Below are positions 19,762 through 30,291 of a stretch of DNA of 64,000 nucleotides, in pieces (positions within the stretch are counted from its first letter, which is position 1; each line of letters starts with the position of its first letter). The translations under genes and the position numbers were made by a program. The notes beneath the pieces are model-generated. The model saw nothing but the letters and a program-made list of their open reading frames with translations, had not been told where the DNA came from and did no database searches. The stretch is from the IMG/VR virus record IMGVR_UViG_3300032285_001268, positions 1 through 64,000 of that record; one strand, given 5' to 3'. The stretch is from a virus.

Positions 19762-19944
19762 TCATAGTTTCATTATCCTTTCAATTTCTCTTTTGGCTTC
19801 TGTGAAATCGCCAGACTCAATCCTACGTTCTACCACATCCTCATAACGATTCCACAACTCCTGCATAAACGGATTATGTCCTGCATAAGGTTGTGTCCAA
19901 CGAATGGTATAAAGATACTTACTGGGGAATTGATCTGGATTCAT
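19762..19944 (-). CDS. hypothetical protein
   Basis: ORF track. Confidence 0.45.
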   Translation of the reverse strand: MNPDQFPSKYLYTIRWTQPYAGHNPFMQELWNRYEDVVERRIESGDFTEAKREIERIMKL

Positions 19945-19973
19945 AAGGCCCTTTCAAAGTTTTCACAAGTATA

Positions 19974-20339
19974 CTATCTTTTATTGATCTCGTCAACAAA
20001 CTTGAGACAAAACTCAGTCCAACGTCTAGGTGTTACGTGGGCAGTGATCACTACTCGATAACCAAAACTAATAGGATCGGGAATGATCTGAAAAGTTGGG
20101 TCTCGCCCATGCTTCATTACCCATTGACCGTGATCCGTTTGCTGCCAGTCATAAATTGGCTGTGCGGCATAGATTTCAGGATCTTCTACATCACCCATGG
20201 AAAATGAATGTACGCGATGCTGTTCGTAAACTTCATCGTCATGTAGCATGTACATTTGAGTTGGACGACTGCTGAATCCCAACTGTTTGCTAGTATAATC
20301 AACTAGCGATGTGCGAATGTTAGGAAATCTGTTTGCCAT
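19974..20339 (-). CDS. hypothetical phage protein
   Basis: ORF track. Confidence 0.55.
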   Translation of the reverse strand: MANRFPNIRTSLVDYTSKQLGFSSRPTQMYMLHDDEVYEQHRVHSFSMGDVEDPEIYAAQPIYDWQQTDHGQWVMKHGRDPTFQIIPDPISFGYRVVITAHVTPRRWTEFCLKFVDEINKR

Positions 20340-20829
20340 ATATTAGAGTATCCTCTAACCACTTTTGGCATTCTGACCAATGTCTATAGATGTGTGACTT
20401 ACCGCCAGCGGCAATCCATTCTTCGCAGTTGCTGGTCCTATCGTCAATCAGTATGTCGCCTGGTTGGCAGTGAACATGTTTGTCATGACTGTATGGTCCT
20501 ATAAACAAGGGAATACCCGGAAAATGTTCATGTGCCCACCAAACTTTATCCTGCACAGCCCAAGGCATGTCGTTGCCTTTTGGTATAGCTGTTAGGAATC
20601 TAACTTCGGTTCCTGGATTGGTATCAGCATAGGCCTTGCACCATGCTACCAATTCGTTAGCGCCTTCGCGCAAGGGCAAGTCTCTATAGAAACGACTATT
20701 ATCCTTAATGCGTTCCCATTCATCATGTGGTATGCGTTCACCAGTTTTATCCCAACGACGTTTTAGGAACACCTGTGCGGCTTCATGCCAATCTGCAACA
20801 ACATCATCTATATCTAAATAAATTATCAT
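20320..20829 (-). CDS. 5'(3')-deoxyribonucleotidase (NT5C, HAD family)
   Basis: IYLDIDDVVADW, FLTA, DKVWW..EHFP, DILIDD. Confidence 0.85.
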   Translation of the reverse strand: MIIYLDIDDVVADWHEAAQVFLKRRWDKTGERIPHDEWERIKDNSRFYRDLPLREGANELVAWCKAYADTNPGTEVRFLTAIPKGNDMPWAVQDKVWWAHEHFPGIPLFIGPYSHDKHVHCQPGDILIDDRTSNCEEWIAAGGKSHIYRHWSECQKWLEDTLIYGKQIS

Positions 20830-23800
20830 TCTTCTTCTTTTGTGATTTTTGGAATGCGATCACTCCATTTGAGTATAAACCATTCTCTGTGTGCTTCCTT
20901 TTTAAAACTCCACAGATTTTCAGTCATACTCATGCCAACACCCTCTTCTTGGGCCCAGGCAATCATTTCTTCATTAAGCTCAGATGTCAGCTCGCCCTTT
21001 TCAAATACTATGCCAGGCAGTTCAAACATGCCCACTTTTACATTCTTCATATCAATAACCAGGTGCTGAATATTCTTTATGCTTTTTATACAAAGCAAAA
21101 CCGTCTGCACCATACATTGGACAAACCAGATAGTATTCACGCATACCATACTCGTCAGTGTCGCCTACATCACCACAGATGAATGGACGTTCTACACCAT
21201 AGAGTCTACGCAGTTCTTCTTGCATGCGTTTGTTTTCTTTTATCAGCCGGCTTTCTCCTCGACCCATGCCCATTTCTAAAAGTTCTGTATAGACTTCTAG
21301 CAGATCTAGATCGTTAAGTGCTAGTACTTCGTCCAATTCGCGATCCATTACCATGGCGATTTTATCATCCCAATGACGTTTGACTTTTTCAATTATAAGA
21401 TCTCGCATGTATCCTCCGAACTGTTAGACTATGTATGATAACATACAATCTAGTGATTTTTAAAGTGATTTGGTGGTATCACTGGGCGTCTCTGATAGCA
21501 TCAAAGATCGTACCATATTCATATACCGCCCAATCATCGTGATTAACATAGGTGTTGGTCTTGTAGCGATAGACAGTGGTCAGCCATTTCCAACGACCGT
21601 GTACACGCACAGGATACCAAGCATACCATTGCCGCCAAGGATTGGGCTTGGGTTTAGATTCAGCAACCACCATCCAATTGGCTCCATCATACAGTTCCAT
21701 TTGATGGGTGTCAGTGTTGTAGCGCATGGAGCCAACTGCTGGATTAATAGGACGTTGGGTTCCCACAATCATGTTTATTTTCTACATAGTTCCAATAGGG
21801 TTAGGTACTTCATATAGGCATTCTGTACAATAGGATTTTCAATCCTAATACGTTCGTCTGCTCTGAGCGTTTGAACTAGATCTTCATTGTGTTTGATCTT
21901 ATGCTCTCGATCTTCATACCAATCTAATATGTCTTCTAATTCTTGTAGACGATCTTTGGGCATGACTACATCAACACAATCAACTTCTTCTACTTTGAAC
22001 AAGTTGTCTTGATACAACATTTCATCACTGATCTTTACATTCCACATGTTTGTTCTATACAAGTCACGAGGAATCCTGCGTAGCTTTCTATTGCTAGGCA
22101 AAACTTGCATTTCATACTTACGAAAAAACTTATCTGTCATGACCACCTCATAACAAACCAATTGGCATCTTCAGCACGTTCAAAGATCCAAACCAAGCCC
22201 ATGGTTTCGCAGGGTCCTTTGACATTCTGCTCAACCCACTGATCTATCGCTGTACCTTCTTCACCTGTCATTGGGCGTAGAACGACCTTGGTCCAACCTA
22301 GGGTGCATAGCATGCCGCAGAGTATTTCAAAATCAATCTCATCTGACATTCTTTTAGCCATATCGTTTAGGACTTGATCCTCTAGTACATTTACTGCGAC
22401 CATGCCAATACCACCACAGTCCTATCCAGTTCACTGTTGAACCAAAATCTGTTGCCGCCGCGATACCAGCGATGCTCCTTGGGCCAAACTGCTGTGCCTG
22501 CCACCCGGGTCATCATACGTCCGCCCGGCCCTAGATTTTCTCCACACCACTGGTCAATGTTGTCTATTAATCTATTGCGATTGCTGAATAGGCCGCCTGA
22601 TACTTCTAGGCAAAAGTAGTCGTCCTGCTCATAGGAATACAGACCCACAGGATCTACAAGAAACTCTTTGATGTGTGTCAGAGCCATTTAGAACAACAGC
22701 CAAACGATCAGCACATAGGTCAAACTGTGTGCCAATTGATCCAGGCCAAACAACAGCCAAAAGCCACTGTCTTTGACAGTCCACCCCTTGCGTTGATTGA
22801 CAGATACTTTGAACCAATCGATATGATAGTGTATGATAGCATCAACTAGGCCCAGTAGTATGCTGACTTCTGTGTCATGTATAAAACACAACAGGACCAC
22901 AACAGTTAGAGCGCCATGCTTAAGGCTGTGCTTGATACCCGTCCAGCGGCCGTAGATGCCCTTGCTGGCGATTTCATCATCGCTTTGATTGACAAAGTCC
23001 ACATACCAGTGCTTGACCAACAGGCCAATTAAGATTAAAAATATAGTATCAAACATTGCGACTCCTTTGATATTTGTACTCTCGTTTCAGCCAGTACTTA
23101 TACATTTGAAAGTACTCGCTCTGTGAGTATCGAGGTTCATGTACTAGGTCATGCTCGTCACAGTTTTGTAGCCAAATTTCGTGTAGCCAAAGTCGAAATG
23201 GTGTAGTTTTATTCCCAGCAGTTGTGTTCATAGTCCAATACCTTGTTAGGGTGTGTTAAAGTTATAGCCCACTACTATGCCCGGTTCCGGCTCATCGTGT
23301 TCGGTAAATTTGGCCAAGATATCAAAGTTGGCTTCTGCCCGGGCAATGGCTTCAAATGCTCGAGCCAGTGCAGGATTCTTCTGTACAGCTTCCATACGTT
23401 TCATGCTGATAGTACGCTGTGCTTCTACCCATTTGAGCAGGCTCTGAGTGTTGCCGTCTAGTTCTACAGTGGCATAGCTACTGCTGAGATTCATCCAAAT
23501 ATTGCCATCATAGACCTGCATGTCCGATCCCGAAATACGTACCATACCCTGCATGGGGTTATTGTTGTTTTGGCTAACATAGGGTACGCTGGTATTGCCC
23601 CCATTTACCGTTAGGCCATTACCGCCCATTAGTCCTTTAATCATTGTTGTTCCTATCTTTGGTTAGTTCTGCTATGAAAAGAAAACGTTCATAGGCTCTG
23701 CGCACACTGGGGTTGTCCAGTAGGCGTTCAGCTTCCAGGGTCATGGCCTGGACTGCACTTTCACAGGCCTCGCGAGCACTGGGCCATTCTAGACAGCGAG

Positions 23801-24674
23801 CTTCTTCTCCAAACTCTCGAACTAGGTTATCCCAGGCGGCTCGTTGGCCCTCTGTTAGGGGTGCTGTTTTGGGACGTAGATCACTGGCTCGCATCAGGGC
23901 ACGACTGATAGCATCCTCAGCTACCCTACCCGCGGCTATCATGGGAGCATACGCTGGGTCAACACAGTAGCGTGTACTAGAACCCCCGGGGTATATGTTC
24001 AATAGGTGTGAGCCCCTGGGCAGGGCATCCATGAGTGTCTGATCGTACTCACTTACGGGCACGTACCTACGTCCCACCTTTTTATAGAATACAGTTCGGT
24101 CAGTCATAGAGCCTGTATGCTCCTTGGGTTGGCCATTACACGGGCGCCAATGCGATCATGCACACGATCAAATACTTCGCCCAGACTCTGGGGGCTTAGG
24201 GGCAAGTGATAGGTAGTCAGCCAGGTCTTGAGCACACTACATATTGTGGGCTCGTCTGCCTGGGCTAACAGTTGTTCAATCACGGGCACCAGGGCTTGAT
24301 TTACTTCAAGCTCTGACAGCTTGGTCAGCCGTTGACCCCAGTGATGTGCTATCCACACGGGATCAAAGCGCAGGCTTTCCCAAAATTCATGTTGTTCAGG
24401 TGTCATACACAGACCTCGTATACTAGATATAAGACCACAGCCCAAACGACCAGGGTCCAGAACCAATCTTTACGATCTAAGCTCATTCTTCAACTCCAAA
24501 ATGTTGTGCGATAAACCACCGACTATCACCATCATTACATTGAGCAATACACTCCCGAACAATCAACTCGGCGAATTGTTCTTTGAAGTTATCAAACCAC
24601 TCTAGGCCTTGTGGAGTACTCCATTCTGCATATTCTTTAGCCTTATCGGCAAGTTCTCTAATTCGTTCGTTCAT
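20826..24674 (-). other. run of about 12 small translationally coupled hypothetical ORFs
   Basis: ORF track 20826-21149, 21052-21408, 21479-21772, 21775-22161, 22137-22403, 22391-22687, 23049-23231, 23246-23644, 23637-24107, 24104-24466, 24483-24674; starts and stops overlap in a co-directional chain. Confidence 0.6.
22688..23056 (-). CDS. DUF3307-like membrane protein
   Basis: KHWYVDFVNQ...HSLKHG...HYHIDWFK...GLDQLAH. Confidence 0.7.
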   Translation of the reverse strand: MFDTIFLILIGLLVKHWYVDFVNQSDDEIASKGIYGRWTGIKHSLKHGALTVVVLLCFIHDTEVSILLGLVDAIIHYHIDWFKVSVNQRKGWTVKDSGFWLLFGLDQLAHSLTYVLIVWLLF

Positions 24675-25021
24675 GCAGTCTCCAATTCTTTAACATGCTT
24701 ACAAGAGCCTCTAAATGTGAAGCCCGAGCAGGTACAGGTCATCTGATCTAGGTCCACGCGATAGGTCTGGCCCTTGCTACCCTGTACCAATTTAACATTA
24801 GACTCCGCTTCTACTGGTGTAGGTGCTGGTGTGCTAAATGGATTGGGTGTAACTGACTCAAACTTACGATAACGCTGATCAAAGTTCTTAATGGGTTTGC
24901 TGAAATAAAAGGGTTCACTTTCACCCTGCTTGATATATGCTATGAGAGTAGATCCCTCTAGCAGATAGGTATGATTGGGTGTGGGGGTATCCCATTGGGT
25001 TATTTCACGTAGTGCCTGCAT
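24671..25021 (-). CDS. SWIM zinc-finger protein
   Basis: C-terminal TCTCSGFTFRGSCKH. Confidence 0.7.
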   Translation of the reverse strand: MQALREITQWDTPTPNHTYLLEGSTLIAYIKQGESEPFYFSKPIKNFDQRYRKFESVTPNPFSTPAPTPVEAESNVKLVQGSKGQTYRVDLDQMTCTCSGFTFRGSCKHVKELETA

Positions 25022-25055
25022 ATGGCCTGCCTTTCTAGTTGCCTAATTAGTAGTA

Positions 25056-25084
25056 ATTATACAGCAGATCAGCCGGCTAGTCAA
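25056..25084 (-). promoter_or_regulatory. sigma70-type promoter for the leftward small-gene run
   Basis: TTGACT-17 bp-TATAAT on the minus strand. Confidence 0.8.
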
Positions 25085-25228
25085 GAGCCTTTTGGGCTGA
25101 CGGCTAATTCCTAACCCGCAAAGCGGTAGCGAAAAATTTTTTGAGCAGGGGTAGTCATAGCCCAAAACCACACTCAAAAGCTAGTTCAACAAGTACGTAC
25201 AAGCCAACAGCAGCCTGTCGTCTTGTAC

Positions 25229-25257
25229 TTGACACCTCGACTAAAAGATCATATACT
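25229..25257 (+). promoter_or_regulatory. sigma70-type promoter
   Basis: TTGACA-17 bp-TATACT, 6 nt before ATG 25264 (likely leaderless mRNA). Confidence 0.7.
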
Positions 25258-25263
25258 CAGCTG

Positions 25264-25485
25264 ATGCGATGGTTAACTCTACTGTTATGTCTAACACAAT
25301 GCTCCTGTGCAGTATACACAGTGGCATCAACAGCCACCTGGGTAGCCACGGATAAGACCATTACGGATCATGCTGTAACCTCTGTGGTGCCCAATGGTGA
25401 TTGTAGGACTAGTAACCTAGTAACGGGTAAGTACTATTGTGAAGTGCGCGATATAAGTAGGACATATAACAGAAATGGCATATAA
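25264..25485 (+). CDS. putative small lipoprotein
   Basis: MRWLTLLLCLTQCSCAVY signal/lipobox-like start. Confidence 0.5.
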   Translation: MRWLTLLLCLTQCSCAVYTVASTATWVATDKTITDHAVTSVVPNGDCRTSNLVTGKYYCEVRDISRTYNRNGI

Positions 25486-25626
25486 ACCGAGTAAAACAGC
25501 TCGATTACACCTAGTAGTATATGGTATCTTATTGTTATTGGGTTCAGCAGAAGCACTACTGTTATGGGCTATATATCGCATGAGTTAACAGACTCCTAGC
25601 ACACAACCATATGGAGCAAGACGAAT

Positions 25627-25824
25627 ATGGATGCTAAACGATTAATAGAACAGTTATTAGAACACTCGGGTAAACTACACCCTAACTACTCACAAGATCA
25701 ACATCTAGCATGGTGTATGGGTTTCCTAGCTAGTATAGCAGTAGAAAAGAACCATATGGATAATGTCATATGGACACGAATCAAGAATCGTATTAATCAA
25801 CTGTACAGTGACAGTGATAACTAG
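25627..25824 (+). CDS. hypothetical protein
   Basis: ORF track; GGAG upstream. Confidence 0.5.
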   Translation: MDAKRLIEQLLEHSGKLHPNYSQDQHLAWCMGFLASIAVEKNHMDNVIWTRIKNRINQLYSDSDN

Positions 25825-25990
25825 TGTGCAGGTACGCAGAGCATACCAACACCACGTGTGTTAGCTATGCACCAAACAGCATGTGGAGCAAAATAACTAT
25901 CCAATAACGTGTCAACTGTCCACATATAGGCATAGACTAGTTCGAACGCTAGTATACTGTAGAATAAAGTAGACAATAGTCTATACATGC

Positions 25991-26326
25991 TAGGCCCCGC
26001 TGTTAGTGTTATAGGATATAGTCATCTTTGGGTCGGGGAACTAATTGACTGTCTATGAGATGGGCAAATGACAGTCGATCTTCCCTTATATAGAATCTAG
26101 TAGGACCTGCTCGCCCTGCACTGACCCACTCTGCACACAGCCATAATTGTTCTTTAGTTGACTCATCCGCCCATGAGTCGTACGCTCTTATATACATAGG
26201 TTCGCTCCCGATATACACTAGTATATAGCTCAAACTGTGAGTATACTAGGCCCCGCTGTAGGCCTAGAGATAGGGCAGAGTTTAGAGGAGGTCCTAGCCT
26301 AGTGTGTGACTAGTAGGCCCCGCTGT
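25991..26326 (+). repeat. three copies of TAGGCCCCGCTGT
   Basis: Exact 13-mers at 25991, 26247 and 26314; related copies at 28646 and 34997. Confidence 0.8.
26009..26233 (-). CDS. hypothetical protein
   Basis: ORF track (TTG start). Confidence 0.4.
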   Translation of the reverse strand: MSYILVYIGSEPMYIRAYDSWADESTKEQLWLCAEWVSAGRAGPTRFYIREDRLSFAHLIDSQLVPRPKDDYIL

Positions 26327-26651
26327 AGGGGTGTTTAGAGTAACCATTTTAACTATGCCTCTCTGCCCCACCATTCAAAATTCTGCTGGCCAGCGTGATC
26401 CTAGGGTGGCATCCACTCTAAAGCCACAGTAGACCAGATCTGTCACACTTTATCACACAATTCAACACTTTTCTGCACTTTTTCAAGATCTTGGCCCCTA
26501 CAGTGACATCACTGTGCATGGTGGGGTGATCTATTTCACACTAGATCACACGGATTCACATTTAGATCTGGAATGACCGAGTAAATTCACTGTATATCTA
26601 CGGTAAGAATAGTGCTAACCACTAAGTACTATATACGACCGGGAGAACGCT

Positions 26652-26858
26652 ATGCCTAATGTTAGTCAAGCTCAGTTAAACTTTACCACTCATCACGCAC
26701 TGATAAGGGTTGATGAATCTGGTGGTATATTTGTATATAAGCACAATGGACACGGCTGTGATTGGGAGTTCTTCACTGATCAATATGCGGCCGCTGAGTA
26801 TATAATAGAAAATCTGCCACTAGTACACTATCGTATACAGTTTCCTGGGGAAGATTGA
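26652..26858 (+). CDS. hypothetical protein
   Basis: ORF track; GGGAGA RBS. Confidence 0.55.
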   Translation: MPNVSQAQLNFTTHHALIRVDESGGIFVYKHNGHGCDWEFFTDQYAAAEYIIENLPLVHYRIQFPGED

Positions 26859-26939
26859 GCTCTAGAATGATTTTAACATCACTCAGCTCAAAAGTCAAAC
26901 CAAAATTTCTCGTTAAGAATCGGTCTTATTTAGAATCTA

Positions 26940-27048
26940 GTTAGTTGGCACACACTAACTTAGAAATGGCAGGCACTCTCCACGTCCACCCCCGGATTGC
27001 CCGTTCGAACGCATGTCTTATCACTGGGGCAGTTTCGCTCTCTCAGCG
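26940..27048 (-). ncRNA. candidate small RNA, copy A (paralogue of 30170-30285)
   Basis: Own consensus promoter, no credible ORF, shares a 33-nt core with copy B, terminal hairpin AGTTAG/CTAACT; ends approximate. Confidence 0.5.
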
Positions 27049-27053
27049 TCCAT

Positions 27054-27147
27054 ATTATACTGCCAAAATTCATATGTGTCAATTCACTTTCAAAACGTCT
27101 GTGTTCTATCTGCCACAGTTGACACTTGTATAGATCCCTAGTATAAT
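27054..27147. promoter_or_regulatory. divergent pair of perfect sigma70 promoters
   Basis: Minus: TTGACA(27082-27077)-17-TATAAT(27059-27054); plus: TTGACA(27119)-17-TATAAT(27142). Confidence 0.85.
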
Positions 27148-27171
27148 AGTGGCTAGTAAGGAGGAGCGCAG

Positions 27172-27327
27172 ATGACTGAAGCAGACTATCAAAAACTAGA
27201 AGCCTTGGCTACCCTAGAGGATGCCATTGCCCGTATCTATAACATTGAAGGCGATCGTTGGCAGATGGCCTATGATACCCTGGAAGCTGTCCTGGGTAAT
27301 CTAGCCATAGAGCGGCCCCGTGGTTGA
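27172..27327 (+). CDS. small early hypothetical protein (51 aa)
   Basis: Found by hand: GGAGCG RBS, MTEADYQKLEAL..., stop TGA overlaps the next -35. Confidence 0.65.
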   Translation: MTEADYQKLEALATLEDAIARIYNIEGDRWQMAYDTLEAVLGNLAIERPRG

Positions 27328-27383
27328 CAGGATCGCTGATCCCGTGTATACTAGAGGCTAGTTAATTAATAAGGAGCGAACTT

Positions 27384-28091
27384 ATGTTTAAATTACTATC
27401 AACAGCAAACCCTAAGATCCAAAAGGGTACCAAGATGGGCTATCTCAGCTTCATCCTGCATCTTGCTCCAGCGGACTTGTCGGGTAAGGAGACTTGCCCC
27501 AAGCGGACAGCAGGTTGTACAGCGGCCTGCCTAAATACAGCAGGGCGTGGTGGCATGTTTAAACGGGGTGAGACGACCAATGCTATCCAGAAGGCACGTA
27601 TACGCAAGACTGAGTATTTCTTCCGCGATCGTGATGCTTTCATGCTGGATTTGGCCTACGACATACAAAAGGCCATTCGTTTTGCGGCCAAGCAGGGTTT
27701 GACGCCCGTGTTCCGCTTGAATGGTACTAGTGACTTATCCTGGGAGAAGTACGAAGTACCCGTGTTCTGCACTCGTAACATCTTTGAATTGTTCCCTACA
27801 GTACAGTTCTACGACTATACCAAAGTACTTGGACGCAAGGTTGCTGACATTCCTAACTATCACCTAACGTTCAGCAAGGCAGATGGCAACGATAGCGATG
27901 TGGCTGAAGCACTACTACAGGGCATGAGCGTGGTGGCAGTCTACGACCAAATCCCAGAGGGTGTACCCAGTGCAGACGAAACTGATCTGCGCTTCCTAGA
28001 CCCTAAGGGCATCATGTTAGGGCTTAAGGCCAAGGGCCGTGCTAAGAAGGACTACAGCGGATTCGTGATCCGTATCAAGGAGGCAGCATGA
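27384..28091 (+). CDS. GP88-like phage protein (Cys-rich, radical-SAM-like fold inferred)
   Basis: CPKRTAGCTAACL, RLNGTSDLSWE, FYDYTK, YHLTFS, DLRFLDP. Confidence 0.7.
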   Translation: MFKLLSTANPKIQKGTKMGYLSFILHLAPADLSGKETCPKRTAGCTAACLNTAGRGGMFKRGETTNAIQKARIRKTEYFFRDRDAFMLDLAYDIQKAIRFAAKQGLTPVFRLNGTSDLSWEKYEVPVFCTRNIFELFPTVQFYDYTKVLGRKVADIPNYHLTFSKADGNDSDVAEALLQGMSVVAVYDQIPEGVPSADETDLRFLDPKGIMLGLKAKGRAKKDYSGFVIRIKEAA

Positions 28092-28324
28092 CACGTACAG
28101 AGATAGACAATAGTCTACAGTGGGCGGGCACTGCCTCGCTCATGACCATGTATGTGATCATGAGCTTCTTTCCCGAACTACACCCCTGGAACCTAGTGGC
28201 TGGTTGCCTGGGCGGAGTACTGTATTTCGCTTGGACTCTACGTGTGGCAAATAAGCCACAGATGATAGTCAACGCCATGGGTATAACCATTACCCTACTA
28301 GGCTTATACAAGGCCTGGGGTTGA
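28088..28324 (+). CDS. small membrane protein
   Basis: Three hydrophobic helices. Confidence 0.6.
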   Translation: MTRTEIDNSLQWAGTASLMTMYVIMSFFPELHPWNLVAGCLGGVLYFAWTLRVANKPQMIVNAMGITITLLGLYKAWG

Positions 28325-28374
28325 CTAGAACCAGCTTTGAGCATACAATATACACTTACTAACAAGGAGCGGAT

Positions 28375-28638
28375 ATGAACATATCAACCATTGAGCAGTA
28401 TGTAGAGCAAAAAAATGAATGGCGTAAGATGTTTAACCAAAAAGTGTTAAGCCTGCTCAACGCCGCGGATCGTCAGACCATTGCTTTCAGCATTGACGCA
28501 GACCTTAGCCCAGAGAACCTTACCTGCGATGGCGAACTGCCTCGCTCACAGGTGCAGGCTCGTTACAAGATGCTGACCCGTGCGGCACAGGAGTTGGCCA
28601 GCATTGATCCCAATGTGGTATTCTACGAGTTCAATTAA
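28375..28638 (+). CDS. early hypothetical protein
   Basis: Promoter plus GGAGCG RBS; DLSPENLTCDGE. Confidence 0.7.
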   Translation: MNISTIEQYVEQKNEWRKMFNQKVLSLLNAADRQTIAFSIDADLSPENLTCDGELPRSQVQARYKMLTRAAQELASIDPNVVFYEFN

Positions 28639-28724
28639 CCAGGCGTGGCCCCGCTGTTAAGCAAGGTTGACGGCGGTGGCTTTTGGTTGTATACTATAGG
28701 CTAGACAGTTAGACAAAGGAGCGA

Positions 28725-28991
28725 ATGATGTACACCGTAGAACTTTATAAACGAGATGCCCGTAAGAAGTCGGGCGAGCGTCTGTATAGTAAGACAGACT
28801 ATGACACGGATAACCTCAGCATGTTAGAGCACACGGTCAAGCATACCTATCGTGCCAGCCAGGGATTCCGCTATGAGATCCACGAGACCTATGTTAAGAA
28901 GCATAACCTAATGGGTGGGGGCGAGTTCACAGAACGCTATGACACTCCCCACTACTGTTCACCAGCATCAGAATCTTATTGGAGCATGTAA
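28725..28991 (+). CDS. early hypothetical protein
   Basis: Promoter plus GGAGCGAAT RBS. Confidence 0.7.
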   Translation: MMYTVELYKRDARKKSGERLYSKTDYDTDNLSMLEHTVKHTYRASQGFRYEIHETYVKKHNLMGGGEFTERYDTPHYCSPASESYWSM

Positions 28992-28992
28992 T

Positions 28993-29280
28993 ATGGATAT
29001 CAAACAAGTAAACTCAGCTATCATGTTTGGTGATTGGACGGACGTAGAGCTCCGTAGCATGATCGATGCGGTCAAATGGAACCGTAGCCGATTGTCAGAC
29101 CGTACCAAGGCTGCGATCTGTGTAGGCGACAATGTAGAGTTCCTGTCCACTAAGACCGGGCGCTTGACCCGTGGCTTTGTAACCAAGAAGGCCATCAAGT
29201 ATGTCACAGTTGACACGGGCATGGGCTTGTGGAAGGTGCCAGCCAGCATGCTCACAGTGGTTGATAAAGAGCTGGCCTAG
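28993..29280 (+). CDS. early hypothetical protein (SH3-like C-terminus)
   Basis: ATG 28993 after GGAG; VGDNVEF...GFVTK...VTVD. Confidence 0.6.
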   Translation: MDIKQVNSAIMFGDWTDVELRSMIDAVKWNRSRLSDRTKAAICVGDNVEFLSTKTGRLTRGFVTKKAIKYVTVDTGMGLWKVPASMLTVVDKELA

Positions 29281-29338
29281 TGGTTGACAGGGCACCCAAA
29301 GCCCTGTATAATTATGGCTTACGTGATAGGAGCGAACT

Positions 29339-29536
29339 ATGGCAAGAGTGGACGGGCAAGTGGTCAACATCGGGGACTGGGTCAGCTTCAAGAGCGACTA
29401 TGAGCAGTGTGGCAAAATTGTCAAAATCAACGGCGATCGGTTGACCCTATTCAGAGACAATGAGGGCTTTGGGGGCGACTACATTGGGGGTGAAAACTAC
29501 ACCATTGAGTTGGCCAGCGATTGTTGGATTGAATAG
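29339..29536 (+). CDS. early hypothetical protein
   Basis: Promoter plus GGAGCGAAC RBS. Confidence 0.7.
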   Translation: MARVDGQVVNIGDWVSFKSDYEQCGKIVKINGDRLTLFRDNEGFGGDYIGGENYTIELASDCWIE

Positions 29537-29598
29537 GTTGACAGGTCCGGCCCAAACTAGTATAATATAGACATACAGTAAACGATTAGGAGCGAACT

Positions 29599-29943
29599 AT
29601 GAAATTACATATCACTACGCAATACATGGAGAACTACGGTGCCCACGATTGGGACGGTACTGGTGAGTGCCCTCAGTACTGGAAGTTCAAGGGTGGCGAG
29701 GACTACTTCTACCCATTGGGTTCAGCAGGCCGCTCAGCAGAGGCCATCGAGGAGTTGGTACACCACTTCCGTAAGGACATCGAGTGGGACGACATCGGTA
29801 GCCGTCAGTATATCGTAGGCTACGGTGTAGTGGCTGACGACTTCATGACTCCGTTTGAGAAGAGCCAGTTGGAGTACGAAGGTAGCATTACCTACCCTGC
29901 ACGGGTCCTTACAATCGAAGAAGATGTTTACTACGGAGCCTGA
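29599..29943 (+). CDS. early hypothetical protein
   Basis: Promoter plus GGAGCGAAC RBS. Confidence 0.7.
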   Translation: MKLHITTQYMENYGAHDWDGTGECPQYWKFKGGEDYFYPLGSAGRSAEAIEELVHHFRKDIEWDDIGSRQYIVGYGVVADDFMTPFEKSQLEYEGSITYPARVLTIEEDVYYGA

Positions 29944-29944
29944 T

Positions 29945-30169
29945 ATGATTACGATGGAAACTAGACAGAACTACGATCAGCGTCACGGCGGCCCATTTGA
30001 TCGTGGATCCGCTGACTCGTGGTATGGCCGTCCTAGAGACCCACACTTCTATACAGGCGACACTGGCACTAGCCAACGGGTAACTGAGCTTACACCCGCT
30101 GAGGTACAGGCCTACTTGGCGGGCTATCAGTGGAACGAGCAGTTCGGCGGTAAGAAGGATTACGATTAA
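29945..30169 (+). CDS. early hypothetical protein
   Basis: ATG 29945 after GGAG; HGGPFDRGSADSWYGR. Confidence 0.6.
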   Translation: MITMETRQNYDQRHGGPFDRGSADSWYGRPRDPHFYTGDTGTSQRVTELTPAEVQAYLAGYQWNEQFGGKKDYD

Positions 30170-30285
30170 GCTCTAGTCCCCAGCCACTGGGCCCTGCAAC
30201 TCGCCTGGGTTCCTCGCTGGGGCTTTTTCACGATCAGCCTATAGAACCGACAGGTACCCTCGACGTCCACCCCCCTCTGTTCGAC
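30170..30285 (-). ncRNA. candidate small RNA, copy B (paralogue of 26940-27048)
   Basis: Own minus-strand promoter at 30292-30320; 27/33 identity to copy A core; no RBS-led ORF; ends approximate. Confidence 0.5.
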
Positions 30286-30291
30286 TATCAT

